64,000 nt of DNA, from assembly GCF_006345805.1 (NCBI RefSeq), contig NC_042998.1, forward strand, positions 157,852,001 to 157,916,000. The letters are read 5' to 3'. Each line of letters starts with the position of its first letter. Position 1 is the stretch's first letter. The stretch comes from Octopus sinensis. Lineage: Eukaryota. Positions 14,745-28,137 of the stretch are shown here, piece by piece. The translations under genes and the position numbers were made by a program. The notes beneath the pieces are model-generated. The model saw only the letters and a program-made list of their open reading frames with translations, was not told the origin of the DNA and made no database searches.

Positions 14745-14795
14745 AGCTTCCTGAAGATTTCTCTTGAATGAAACAGTTCTAGTCCTGTAGAAGCT
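14745..14795 (+). ncRNA. Type I hammerhead ribozyme, right arm
   Basis: Stem I AGCTTC/GAAGCT; CTGAAGA 14751-14757; weak stem II T-TTC-TCTT-GAA-T; GAAA 14770-14773; stem III ACAG/CTGT; GTA cleavage after 14789. Confidence 0.7.
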
Positions 14796-15445
14796 CCTTC
14801 TATATAATAATATATATATATTATATATATATATATATTATATTATATATATATATATTATATATATAATAAAGAAATAAATATATATAAATACATAAAT
14901 AGATAAATAAATAATTATATATAGATATATATATGGAACAAAAACGCAATAGAGGACATTAAAACATTCGGACAGATAGACGATATGAAGGCGGAAAGAG
15001 AAACAACAATTAGAAAGACAGGCAAAAATGACGGGTCATTCGTGGGTTTCTTTCCTCAGTCAATTCCCAGAAGTCACGAGCATTTCGGGCAGTTAGACTT
15101 GAGATGGTTCGATCTGGTTGCTCACCAAAATGTCTGAGCTTAGAGCATTGGAGCCTTTGTAAGAAAGCTAGCGTATGTGTACGGCAACAAATACAAAAAA
15201 AACATTTAAAAAAACGGAGAACATGGTACACAATTACGAATACAAAATAACAAGAAATAACAACAGGTGTCTTTCGACTGAGAACGAATCAAACTGAGCT
15301 AGCATGTATGAAGTGAAATCCTAAAGGCACGAACATGGGAGACGGACATATGAGGTGTTGACGGTCGGCAGTCAGGCCACGAAAGAAAAATCTAGGCTGG
15401 CCGGACAACGTTCACGTGGAAGGAGGAGAGATATGTATTTATTTG

Positions 15446-15545
<100 letters not shown>

Positions 15546-15546
15546 C

Positions 15547-15585
<39 letters not shown>

Positions 15586-15693
15586 ATAATAATACTAATA
15601 ATAATAATATGAAGGAATATTATTCCAAACTTACAGTATAGTTTATTGAATTGATAAACGGTGGATTTTTTCTAATTTATATATATATATATG

Positions 15694-15735
<42 letters not shown>

Positions 15736-18489
15736 CATACATACATACATACATACATGCATACATACAGGCATACATACATACATACATATATACATAC
15801 ATACATACATACATACATACATACAGAGATGTTGCATTGAATCATCTCTTCGTTGGTGCTGTCATCGTTTTTCAGTCCTACGTCTCCTTGAGAAAGCAGA
15901 TGTATTATTAAAGGCATTCCAGCGTTAGCAAACACATTTTACTGGAAGTACATCTATGACAATAGCATTTGATTAGTGCGAACTTTACTGCTATTTCTAG
16001 CAGGTTCAAGAACCATGTACATAAACGTGCTTTATTTGACTCTTACTTTCCTCTGTGGCTGCTGTAGCTTTCATGCTCGGGCTCTATCTGTCTCTGGATG
16101 TGATCCTTAAATGCATTTTTTTTTAGATGCATTTAATTTCTTCACTGTTGCTTACAAAGTGGTTTCCGTTTTATTTTGAGCTCCAGACGTTTGTTATTAT
16201 ATAGATATCAGTTCATGCATTGAAAATATTCCTTTTGGGTCTACGACAAGTCTCAATCATCTGACAACTGACATACAGAATAATTGCCTTCAAAGATTTA
16301 ATCGATCGTGTCGACTTCAAGACAAAAATACGCTTCACATGAAACTTTATATTCTTGATCACTGGGTCACTAACTTATAACTCATAAAGTATCACAAACA
16401 TAAATTACATTATTTAAACTGTCAACTTAAGTACACAATCTCACAATCATACAAGTATCTCATTCTCATGTAGAGCTAGTCTTAATAACAATTTGATAAA
16501 TATGAACATCATCTAGAGGCTGAGAGTCATTTTAACAAATCGAGTATATTGTATGGTATTTGATATACCTGTCGCGATATATTAGTCTAAGTTGTTCAGA
16601 TCCACGGTGATGGCTACTCTGAATTATTTCTCTATTTTTCATTTATGCAAATTTTCCAAGTTTTCCCCTCTTTTCGTATTAGTCTAAGGTATTTGGCTAT
16701 TGGAGGTGAGTTTAAACAGTTGTCAAGCTGATGACGTCTACTGAAGCTGAAAAACATGTTCATAACTATCTTCTTGTTCCGTGAAAATAAGCCAGTCCTT
16801 TTCTTTAATAACTTGAAAGATTTTCTTAATATCTCCCTTTTTCATGTGGGACACACTTTAATTGCACTTTATTTGGTAATCATGAGGTATCTTCTAGGCG
16901 CAGACATGAATTTAATAAATCAAGAAATTATGTTGTATGGAATTTGATATAGCTGTATTAGTGTGTGTGTGTTCAAATTCATATGGAAATACACTTATTT
17001 GCGTACGTAAGAGTGTGCATGTGTGTACGCACATATTAATGTGTGTATGTGTGTGTTTGTATATATATGTCTGTTTATACATTAGGGGGTTGACCACTTT
17101 CCTTCCAGGAAATTATACAAAAAATATATTGAGCAAACGGCGCAACAGGAATTCACTATTTCTGAATCAGAATCTTAACCACAAACTCTATCTTTGCACC
17201 TATAAATTTATGTATTCATACACGTTTGTACTTTTACATATATTGTTTGAATAATGTGTGGTCATATAACAAGATATTTTATTTCCATATTCACTTAAAA
17301 TGTCCATTGTTTTATGATATTTTTACTATAATATTTGTTTGCTTTTCCCCATTTCCCCGTTACTTTCGTTCGCTTCCTTTTACTTCGCAGTAAAATAATT
17401 AGCTTCTACTTCGCAGTCCCTTGCTTGTGTCTGTCCGTCTGCTTGTATCTCTTTCTCTATATCTTTTCTTTTTTCTGCTTCACTTCTTTTACTGTTGTGC
17501 TGTTTCTGTCAGTATCTCATTCTGTGTTACACATTCATGTCTAATATAACACAATGCTTCCTTTACTGTAAAATAAACATACCGAAGTAGGCGAAAAATA
17601 AAAACATCGGTAACAAACGATGAATAAAATTTCTTAATATCTTCATATTTTATTTCTATGTTATCCTGTTGCGAAGTTGCTGGTTGAAAATTCTACCATT
17701 TGTAGTGCTGACGATATTGTTAGTCTCTGAAGTTGTCAATTTTACGGTATTCTTTTAATATAAATTAAATAGATTATTGAATTTTCTTTAAAGCTTTCTG
17801 CTTTTGTGAAAGGATTTTTATTGATGTTTTATTTGTGTTAACAGAACGGTCATCTTCCATAGCGACAGACATTCAGAGAAAAGAGATTATTCACAAGCCT
17901 GCAAGCATGGTAGTCATTATTGTGTGTGTGTGTTTGTGTATGTGTGTATATTTGTGTGCATTTATATATGTACGTGCCTAAGTGTGTGAGTATTCGTTCG
18001 AATACGTGTAAGCATATGTGTATTGGAATATGTTAACCTACTATGTATTTATGTCAATATGCAGTTTAATGTATATGGAGATGTGATTATCTTCCTGCTT
18101 GAATGTGTTTGTATGTATGTATATTCAACGAATTTGATGCTGTGCATGCGAAGGCATAGATTTCACTGACAAACAAAATCAACAGGAGATATAGGAACAT
18201 TATTTATTCGTGCGTGTGAGTATTTGCGTACCAGCTTGATAAAGATAACACAAATGTATTGCTGGAATTATTTTATCGTTTCAGAGCAATGCTTAGCAAG
18301 TTCAGTTTGGAGTTGGTGTATATTTGTGATATAAAGAAAGGAATAACATTTTGGGGCACTATGTACTCCATCTTTTATTCTTCCATCTTTGCAAGGATAT
18401 ATGAAAAAGTAGTTTTTGCTATTTTCGTTATATTCAGTAAGTGTGTGCGCATTTTAACCTATGCATATATACATACATACCAGATACAT

Positions 18490-18527
<38 letters not shown>

Positions 18528-18590
18528 TTTGTAGAAAACATATATCAGGAGAAGAAGCACACTCTAAGATGTAGAGCAGTATATATTTTT

Positions 18591-19485
18591 TACTGGGGAA
18601 GGCCGGTTTATGGGATTACTCTGAGTTTCCTGCCTATAAACGGTTTAACTTTATGGTGTATCGTCACACCCCAAACCCTGTTGGTCTAAGACCTCTTCAA
18701 AATATCGAGGGTAAAGGCCTCGTTGCGAATGTAAACAAGGGAGAATTATTGCCCTTTGCCATTGGCTATCGATTATCGACTTCCGGTTGTGTCGCCATCT
18801 TGCGGTTTCCAAAAAGCTACGAAGGTAAACAATAGGGGATTGTCTCCCTTTACCATTGACTAGCGACGTCTGGCTTTGCCGTCATCTTGCGGATTCCAAA
18901 ACGTTTGCAGGAATTTCCAACAATGCAAGCATGGCCCGAAAATCTCCCTGGTTCGAGCAAGTCTTTTAGGATTCTTGCACGTTCAGAGATGAATAACTTG
19001 CAACGCTTCGTTCCGTTGATGTAGGGGCCTGAGTTTTCGAGGATTTTGCATGAGATCGAGTTTGGAATTCTGGCGTCTCTTAGTTGCAGAGGTGACTGGC
19101 CAGCGACGTTACGTATCTCCTTTCCGGGACCCTGAAGGATGATTTATGTGTTGCTTGAGAGAATCCCCAGTACATCCACTGTACTAGAAATTGTGGGTGC
19201 GCGATGTCAGTGCTGCACCTGTTTCTATTATTGCTGCAGTTGTTGCTGCCATCACCGATGGTGGTATTGTTGTTGCTGCCGTTGATGCTGGAGCTGGGGC
19301 TGCTGTCGAATCCGAAAGATGGCGGCACAACCGGGAGTCGATAGTCGATAGCCATTGATCTTCTCTCCTCCATGTTTTGAAGAGGTCTTAGACCAAAAGG
19401 GTTTCGTATCTGACGATACGCCATAAAGTTAAATCCTTTATGGAAGGAAACCCAGGGCAATCCCATAAACTGGCCTTCCCCAGTA
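18591..19485. mobile_element. Non-autonomous TIR element (MITE-like)
   Basis: ~120-bp imperfect terminal inverted repeats TACTGGGGAAGGCC..GGTCTAAGACCTCTTCAAAA / ..GGCCTTCCCCAGTA; extra internal inverted segments ~18760-18810 vs ~19310-19355; no transposase. Confidence 0.75.
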
Positions 19486-19489
19486 CAAA

Positions 19490-19533
<44 letters not shown>

Positions 19534-19560
19534 GTATGTATATATATGTAATTATGTATG

Positions 19561-19593
<33 letters not shown>

Positions 19594-19619
19594 CTTTTAT
19601 TCATTTACTTGCTTCAGTC

Positions 19620-19794
19620 ATTTTGACTGCGGCCATGCTGGAGCACCACCTTTTGGTCGGGCAAATCACCTCCAAGTCTTATTTTTTGTAAGCCAGGTAC
19701 TTATTCTATCGGTCTTTTGCCGAACAACTGTTACGAGGACGTAAACACACAAACGAGAGGAAAAACACTGACATGCAAACACACACACGCACAT

Positions 19795-19883
<89 letters not shown>

Positions 19884-20056
19884 CATACATATATACGACA
19901 GGCTTCTTTCAGTTTCCATCTACCAAATCCACTCACTTGGTTTTGTTCAGCTCAAAGCTATAGTAGAATACATTTGGCCAGGTGCAACGCAGTGAGACTG
20001 AACTCGGAACCATGTAGTTAGGAAGCAAGCTTCTTACCACACAGCCACTCCGGCGG

Positions 20057-20057
<1 letters not shown>
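19620..20057 (-). mobile_element. tRNA-derived SINE family A with internal (CA)n/(TA)n
   Basis: Head GAACTCGGAACCATGTAGTTAGGAAGCAAGCTTCTTACCACACAGCCA and tail TTACTTGCTTCAGTCATTTTGACTGCGGCCATGCTGG; related copies ~52020-52200 and ~58370-58800. Confidence 0.75.
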
Positions 20058-20142
<85 letters not shown>

Positions 20143-20149
20143 TATATAT

Positions 20150-20192
<43 letters not shown>

Positions 20193-20826
20193 GAGATAGA
20201 GAAATCACAAAAAGTGTCGGTAAAGTGCGACCCGTAAAGAAAATCGGGCTTAGTAATGTATATACGTATATACAGGCATATACAAATGTAGACGCAGGCA
20301 TACATGTAGACACAGACATACATATACATGCACAAACTCCCAACAACAGTAGATATCTGCTACTGCAGGGAGTTTGCCTCAGTTGTCATGAAAATAATGT
20401 TTTCCGTGGCTAATGAGTTGTTTTAACTCCTATTTCTCGCAATACTGGTTCTGATCAGTCCCCTTTCTCACTTCAGTGACGTATATATTTCTGCCTTTTG
20501 GTTGTAAGATTGAGAATTAGACCCAATATTATTTATACATACATACATACATACATACATACGTACATACATACATATATACATACATACATGCATACAT
20601 GCATACATACATACATACATACATACATGCATGCATACATACATGCATACATACATACGTACATACATACATACATACATACATACATACATACATACAT
20701 ACATACACACTGTACATATGCAACCAAATATGAGTAAGACAAACGTCCAAAATTAACTTACGTTTCCTTGATTATTTCAGAGTTTTATGCTAAAATACAT
20801 TGTAGATACAGTTACTAAACAGTAAG

Positions 20827-21897
20827 ATGCCTAAAGCAAGGGAGTTGAGTGAGTGTAAGCGAGGTCAAATCGTAGCTCATCATAAAGATGGAATGCCTGA
20901 AAGGCAAATTGCTTAGAAGATGAAATGTTCTCGATGTGCGGTGGAAACGACTATCAAGTACTTCAAACAGACAAAAGATGTGAAGACAATACAAAGAACA
21001 GGTAGAAAAAAGGTTACATCACCTTGTAATGACAGATCCATCATCCATCAGCCGCTCAGAAACAGAAGAAAAACATCGTCGGAGCTCTGTGCGGACTTCA
21101 ACAAGGCAAGCACTTCACAAATATCAATCAGAACTGTTAGAAGAAGGCTTATAGAGTACGGTCTGAAAGTCTATAAAGCCAGGAAGAAGCTATGTGTTTC
21201 TGAAGCGAATATGGAAAAACATCTTCAGTGGGCCAAAAACCACTCAAATATGACTGGTGAGAAATTGTTCAAAAGTCATATGGTCTAACGAAAGTAACTA
21301 TGAGGTAAGATAGTTACTGGTTTGTTGCCCAAAATATATAAAAATAAAAGCGTCCAACATAAAGCTAATAAATACCATTTTTCATGTTTTTACTCAGGTT
21401 TTCGGTACATCTGGTGCAACCTTTGTGCATCGCAGAGTTGGGGAAGGATTTAAGGTTGAATGCCTGGTACCAGCTGTAAAACATGGGGGTGGTTCTATCA
21501 TGATGTGGGCCTGCCTGTTTGCCACAGGACTCGGAGAAATGTTATGTCAGAGAAGGATGAATTCAGCTACCTATGTTTCTATGTTATCAGATGTTTTAGA
21601 GCCATAAATTGCATCCAGGAGTGTCGAAAAACAGTGTTATCTTTTCCAGAGGACAACGCTCCATGTCATACAGCAAAGAATACTCATCAATGGTTTGAGA
21701 CACAGGGTACTGTTCCCATGGACTGGTCGGCTCAAAGTCCCGATCTAAATCCGATGGAACAACTATGGGGAACTTTTGGTGAAGCTATCAGGAACACAGC
21801 AATTAAAAATGAAGCGCATTTATACAAAAAGTTGAGAGAAGAATGGAGTAAAATTGCTCCTAGAACCCTCAAGAAACTAGTTGATTCAACCGTATAA
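20827..21897 (+). pseudogene. Tc1 transposase pseudogene with one intron
   Basis: MPKARELSECKRGQIV, RTGRKK, RTVRRRL, KVIWSNES, KHGGGSIMMW, EDNAPCH then 34 residues to E in SPDLNPME; internal stop and frameshifts. Confidence 0.9.
21305..21397 (+). other. 93-bp GT-AG spliceosomal intron in the Tc1 transposase
   Basis: GAG|GTAAGA..GCTAAT..TTTTTACTCAG|GTT; removal joins WSNESNYE to VFGTSG..VHRRVGE in frame; in-frame TAG inside. Confidence 0.85.
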
Positions 21898-23679
21898 AAG
21901 CAGTGATTGATGCTAAAGAACGGTCAGCTAGATATTTAAACTAATGTATATTGTGAAAAATACCATAATCTACCACGTACACGAATTTCATTAACATTGA
22001 GATTCCCAAAACATTGGGGTGGCCTAATACTTTTGGCCAAGGCTGTATATATATTTACACACATGGACACAACATACATAAATATATATAGTCATGTATA
22101 CACTTAAATATATGTATGTATATGAATGAGTGTGTATGCGGTGTATTAGTGTATTTAAGTGGTGCCGGTATGAGCGGACAAATATGTCTACGCATACAGG
22201 TACGAAATCACACAACTATAGCTATTTTAATACATAGATATATTTTTGGCCTCAAACCGAAATGATGTAATTAATACTCTTTACTGTAATCAGAACTTTC
22301 TGAACTAATTCAATGTAGTCACTACGAATTAAAATCTGCAATTGATAATAAACGTTCCAAAGCGCGTAGAAATAGTCACTATAGATTATTTTTAATAATG
22401 TGCTACTGGTATCTTCTTAATCCAATGTATTACAGTCTAATAAAGGATCAGATGGTCACCAATTATATTGCATCATATTAATTCAAAATGTTATTCTCCT
22501 TCCTTCGCCAACAACAAATGTTATGCCGCTCACCAGTTCTTGAAGACAACAATGAATTTTTAATGACTGTTTTTCTCTATCAGTAAAGATGAAATTTGTC
22601 TAAGCATGCAGTTGATTGTAGACACACGCCACCGATGGTGAAACAAAAACGCAGAAATCCACCTCCACTGGTGGACGCCATTACGGTTACTTCTCTTGCT
22701 TTTAGCACTATACGTCTATATGAGATGTTTTCTCACGACAAATGCTGCTGTATTTACGTAGACAGGAATAATAATAATTGTTATTTGAAATGGTTTCTCA
22801 GAGTATCTGCTGTATCTCATGTCGGTCGAATGAGAAAAATATTTATACTAAAGATAATCCACAAATTGCAATTTGTATCATTAAAGAGGAATTCTAGCAG
22901 CATCAACAAATATCCTCTTTGTTTACTACTTACTGGTTTACTAGTGCCGTAGATCTGAACATTTGAATACAGCGTTAAATGTTGATAGACCACGTTGCCA
23001 TTATGTTCTTCAGCATAAATATACAGGAATGTGTTATTACGAAAACGTGTGTCTCAATTCACACATGCTCAAGCCAAAGCGCGCGTGCACACACACACAC
23101 GCACGCGCACACAACACAGAGGTGCGCGTTTGTTGAATATATCTTCATTGGTGGATAATTTGGATATTCTGGCCGAAATGTTCTTTACTAGTCCCCTAAT
23201 AAACATTTATGTATGAATGTGTGAAAATGTGCATTTGTGTATGTGTGTATACGTGCATGTATACATTTCTACACGTAGTTAGCAGATATATATATGTACA
23301 TATACAATATACAAATATACATATAAGGATATACAAAAGTGCATAAAGAAAAAAAAACTGGTATGTCTGGTATAAAAGACAAAAAAAAAAACAAAGCGCG
23401 AAATAATAAACGGATTGAAGCATGAAAGGAACTAAATAAGAATGAAGGAAGATGCTCTTTGAAAAATACGGGCAATGAATGTTGAATCCAATTGTTTTTT
23501 TTTTTCAGTTTTATAAATACAATCTAACGCTTTCCTAAGATCAAAGACTTTATGTGCAGTGTGCCACACGTTGTGCATGAACAGTTGAAGTAGTGAGATG
23601 TTGATAAATAAAATAATTTCATTCATTTGAAATGCAAAAAGTACATCACCAAGGAGAAAGTGGAGGGGAGGAGGAGGAG

Positions 23680-23760
23680 GATGAGAAGAAGAAGAAGAAG
23701 AAGAAGAAGAAGAAGAAGAAGAAGAAGAAGAAGAAGAAGAAGAAGAAGAAGAAGAAGAAT
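23680..23760. repeat. (GAA)n microsatellite
   Basis: Direct inspection. Confidence 0.95.
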
Positions 23761-24367
23761 GTAGAAAAGAGGAGGAAAAAGAAAAATGGAGAGAAGTGGA
23801 GGCAGACGACGAAGAACAAAATAAGACGAAGAGGAAGAAGGGGGAAGAAAGAGAAAATGAAGAAAAAGAAACTTCTTTCAAGTACAGTATCAGATGATGA
23901 TGGTGAGGATGATGGCGGTGATGATACTCATGATGATGATGATGATGATAAAGCGATTTTAGACAACTTATTCATTTCTAACCCTGCTATTTACTATATC
24001 AGATTGTGTGTAAATATAACAAAAATTCAGATAAGTTAGGAGTGCTGTGAAGAAAGTAGATTTGTGGTTGTTACGAGAGGCCACATCCTCGAAGAAAAGA
24101 TAATATATTTTGCGAGAATGAAACTGAAATTGCTGACAGTGAATTATATGACACTCATGGATGCTACATGTTTCCAATGTGAATGTTATCACGTTAACTG
24201 TTTATCGTGGCACAGTCGATAATAATGTCCATCAAAGAACATTTCAGATAACTTAGTATAACATTCGTCAATCTATATCTTGTGATTATGTGTCTACGTA
24301 TGAATGTGTGTATATGTATATACATATATATATATATACATATATACATACTTACATACATACATAT

Positions 24368-24421
<54 letters not shown>

Positions 24422-25006
24422 ATATATCATTTGAGTTCATTTTGAAATAAAAATAAGATTCAAAAGAAGTCCTAGTAAATTAAACTGGTCTATTAAAGAC
24501 AGAAACAAAGATTATACCATCAATTGCGAATTAATTTCTACTGCAAAACTATACAGACCTAGAACTAAAATATGTGGGTTATGTTAAGAAGAATTTTATC
24601 AGATTTTTATATCCAACTGTAATGTAATAATTCTAGATAGGAACAGGATTTTAGATGCTTGCACATGAGGAAATTCACATTTTCCCAGTATAAATGAATA
24701 ATAAACGTTTAAACAGAAGGATTTGAAATAAAGGACTATAAGTAATTATCCATAAAAAGTTGTATTGGAGATTATTCCCGTCTAACTTAACGGAAAACTC
24801 TACAGAATACAACACAAAGTACATAACTGAAAAACTTTAAATAGTTAAATCGAAAGATATTAAGTAAAAACCCTGAAGAAACTGCACGGGTATTATAGAA
24901 AGGTTGCAATTGCAACGGTTACTAATCGACGCTGCTGAGACATATGTAGGCCTATGTAAAGCTGTATGTATGTGTGTGTGTGATTGTGTGTGTGCATGTA
25001 TGTATG

Positions 25007-25094
<88 letters not shown>

Positions 25095-25130
25095 CATATA
25101 AGAGAGAAGGTACCTACGCCGCTATATATA

Positions 25131-25550
25131 TGTATAAAAAATACAAACTGGGACAAGAACGCAAAACAGTTTGATGACGATACAAAAAACATGGACGGGA
25201 CATTCGTAGCCTTCAATCTTCAGTCAAGTACCGGATCATCCTCGCAATTTCGGCTAATTAATCTTCAGATTGTTTTTACGTATTATTTTTGTATTCATAT
25301 TCGTGTAACATCGTCCGTTTTTCTATCCTTGTTTTGTATACATTCGAAGCTTTCTTCCAAGGAATCTAATGTGCTTAGCTTAGTTTTTTCTTGGGGCTGG
25401 CCAGATTAGAGCAATCTCAAGATTAATCAGCCGAAATTGCGAGGATGATCCGGTTCTTGATTGAAGATTGAAGGCTTCGAATGTCCCGTCCGTGTTTTTT
25501 GTGTCGTCATCAAAATGTCTTGCGTTTTTGTCCCAGTTTGTATTTTTTAT

Positions 25551-25552
<2 letters not shown>
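25131..25552. repeat. Diverged inverted pair (~140-bp arms 25131-25272 and 25413-25552), related to the 10.6/14.9-kb repeat
   Basis: ATACAAACTGGGACAAGAACGC..CGGATCATCCTCGCAATTTCGGCT with reverse complement downstream; microsatellite flanks. Confidence 0.8.
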
Positions 25553-25583
<31 letters not shown>

Positions 25584-25861
25584 AAGAATTAAAGGTAATG
25601 CTATGCAACTAAGTAATAATTCTTATTATTGTTGTTCATATTATATACACGAGAAAACATATATGGTTATGGTAATATATTCAGAATTATCCAACAGAAT
25701 ACATCTCTAAATACTTATAAGAATTTTATTGGATTTATATATTTACCGTCGAATAACCTATTTTGAATACCTAACTGAGAGCGAACAGGTAAACATTTGG
25801 TGTAATCCCTTACTATTTACTTACAAACATACATACATACATATATATATATATATATTAT

Positions 25862-25912
<51 letters not shown>

Positions 25913-25939
25913 ATATAATATATATATATATATATATGC

Positions 25940-25992
<53 letters not shown>

Positions 25993-26769
25993 CGTATATC
26001 GATCGATCGATAGACAGGTAGAAAGATAGACCAGGATTCAAGTGACTCAGGCACTTAAACGGTAGGGCACCGGGTCAGGTCGAAAAGTAAAATGTGTACA
26101 CAACAAAAATAAAGGAATGCATATGTGGGTACCAAAGTACAGGCACAAAGATATTTAGGTTATGTATATGATCAACTGTACCCTACTGCGTATATCAGTT
26201 AGCCCTGAGGCTAAGCAAGAAACGCACATTGTACTAAATGCAGCAAGGGTCATAAAATCATGAAGGTGCACATCCCTTCATGCACGTTGGCTTTTGAGTG
26301 TTTTTGAAAGTTGTGGTTCATGTTTTCACCTAATAAAACGGTTTTTTTTTCTAATGATATAATGTCTCCATTAATCAATTAAAAATTCGTTGTAAACAGC
26401 TTTAGTGAATTTACACATTATTGTTGTTATATATATATACACATTGATTTATTAAAATCATCTCGGCCTCCAATGGATGTGTCAAAATTACCAGATGACA
26501 AATGAGGATAGCTCCAAATGAAAATGAAAATTAATCTCAAGGATCAAACATTTCTAAAGCTGATATGCCATTAAAGAAAAGGACCAGTTTATTGTTTGGA
26601 TATAAGACGACAGTCGTGGAAATATATTTTCATCCCAAAGGGTATCATCAACATGCCAGTTGCCCTAAATATATTTGTTGGCTGTGTTTTATATAAGTAT
26701 TTTCCGGGCTTCCATGACGTTTCCAATAACATTTTATCCAAAAGGTATTGTTGAGCTGATGTATTGGAG

Positions 26770-26829
<60 letters not shown>

Positions 26830-26846
26830 CACATACATATATATAT

Positions 26847-26915
<69 letters not shown>

Positions 26916-28094
26916 TACATATACATAATTTTGTATGTACGCGTGTGGCTATGTATGTACGCATTTATGTGTGCCTCTGTTATTTGGCATTGAGAATATT
27001 ATATAATTCTGTGTGAAGGAAGTAAGTGAAAAGGAACCAAAGGAAGTAAAGTAACTAAGTGAGAAGAATCGATTATAGTTGTTGGAGAGAGAGGGAGAGA
27101 GAGAAAGAGAGAGACAGAGAGAAAGAGAAGGACAGGGAGAAAGAGAGAAACACGTTTGAAATGTAGCAATACTTTTTGATTGAACTCCCAATTCTCATAA
27201 CGTTGCTAGCATGCTACAGACTAGAGCATTTCTTCCCGACAACTTGTCTTATGCTTTCCCTATATAATTTAAGCACAATCATGCCTTTTGCTTATTCGAT
27301 ATAAGAGATATCGTATAAGAAATCTCATTAACCATTGCACATGAGTCAAGTAAGTGTCATGCAAATAATCTTTTCAGCAAGTTATGAAGTCTCTAAAGGA
27401 GAATCCAAATTTCAAATAGAGTTCTGAGCGAATAAAGCACAAACAGCGCATTGCCACAAATATTTTATTGATCTCATATATTCTGATAAATATATGTATC
27501 CAGAAATATTAATATATTGAATATATGGATTGAGTCATAAATATAGCGAGCGATAGCATTTTAAATATATAGGTAAAGTTTAAAATGTGCATATACATAT
27601 ATGTATAAATGTATTCAAGAGTCATAGATCAATATATTTAGAGACACCAGTGCATGTAGATAATGTGGATAAACAAAACAGAATAGGCCTAGTGAAACGC
27701 AGATACAGAAATAGATGAATCGAGCGATGCATACGCAGAGATATTTATAATGCTAGAGAGAAAGAGAGATGCATATAGTGGTATATTACTTCTGAAGAAG
27801 GACAATTTCGTAATGCATCCTCAGCTGGAAATAAATCGGATTTAGTTCGGTTTGTTAATAATAATAGAAACAACGAAAATAACTACAAAAACATAGCAAT
27901 AACAACTACGAATACAATATCATCATCCTCATCATCATCACCATGAACGCAACCACCATCACTACTACTACTACTACTACTACTACTAGTAGTAGTACTA
28001 CTGCTGCTGCTGCTGTTGCGGTTGCTGCTGTTGATAATACTACTACAACTACTATTGATAATACCACCATCGCCACCACCACCAACACCACCAC

Positions 28095-28125
<31 letters not shown>

Positions 28126-28137
28126 AATAATAATAAT

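Larger units (their letters stand above)
11268..14810. repeat. (TA)n-flanked inverted duplication (arms ~11341-11790 and ~14370-14810) around a long microsatellite core
   Basis: 11341-11700 is the reverse complement of ~14460-14810; (TA)n at ~11249-11267 and 14801 onward. Confidence 0.85.
20709..22048 (+). mobile_element. Tc1-family DNA transposon (DD34E), decayed
   Basis: Transposase 20827-21897; right end GGCCTAATACTTTTGGCCAAGGCTG followed by TA; left TIR only weakly matching. Confidence 0.85.

Noticed and set aside
16722-16765. CTGATGA..GAAA..AACATGTT; also CTGAAGA..GAAA..GTTGCAATTGCAAC at ~24870-24925 and CTGAAGA..GAAA at ~9422
   Set aside because: Stem I/II or the cleavage triplet cannot be formed.
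17845-17908. Possible small host exon (TTAACAG acceptor, GTAGTC donor)
   Set aside because: Weak donor, no recognisable peptide, no partner exons.
23432-24039. Poly-Lys/poly-Ser ORFs; also 27906-28173, 41096-41644 and 57647-58123
   Set aside because: Trinucleotide microsatellites with no domain signal.
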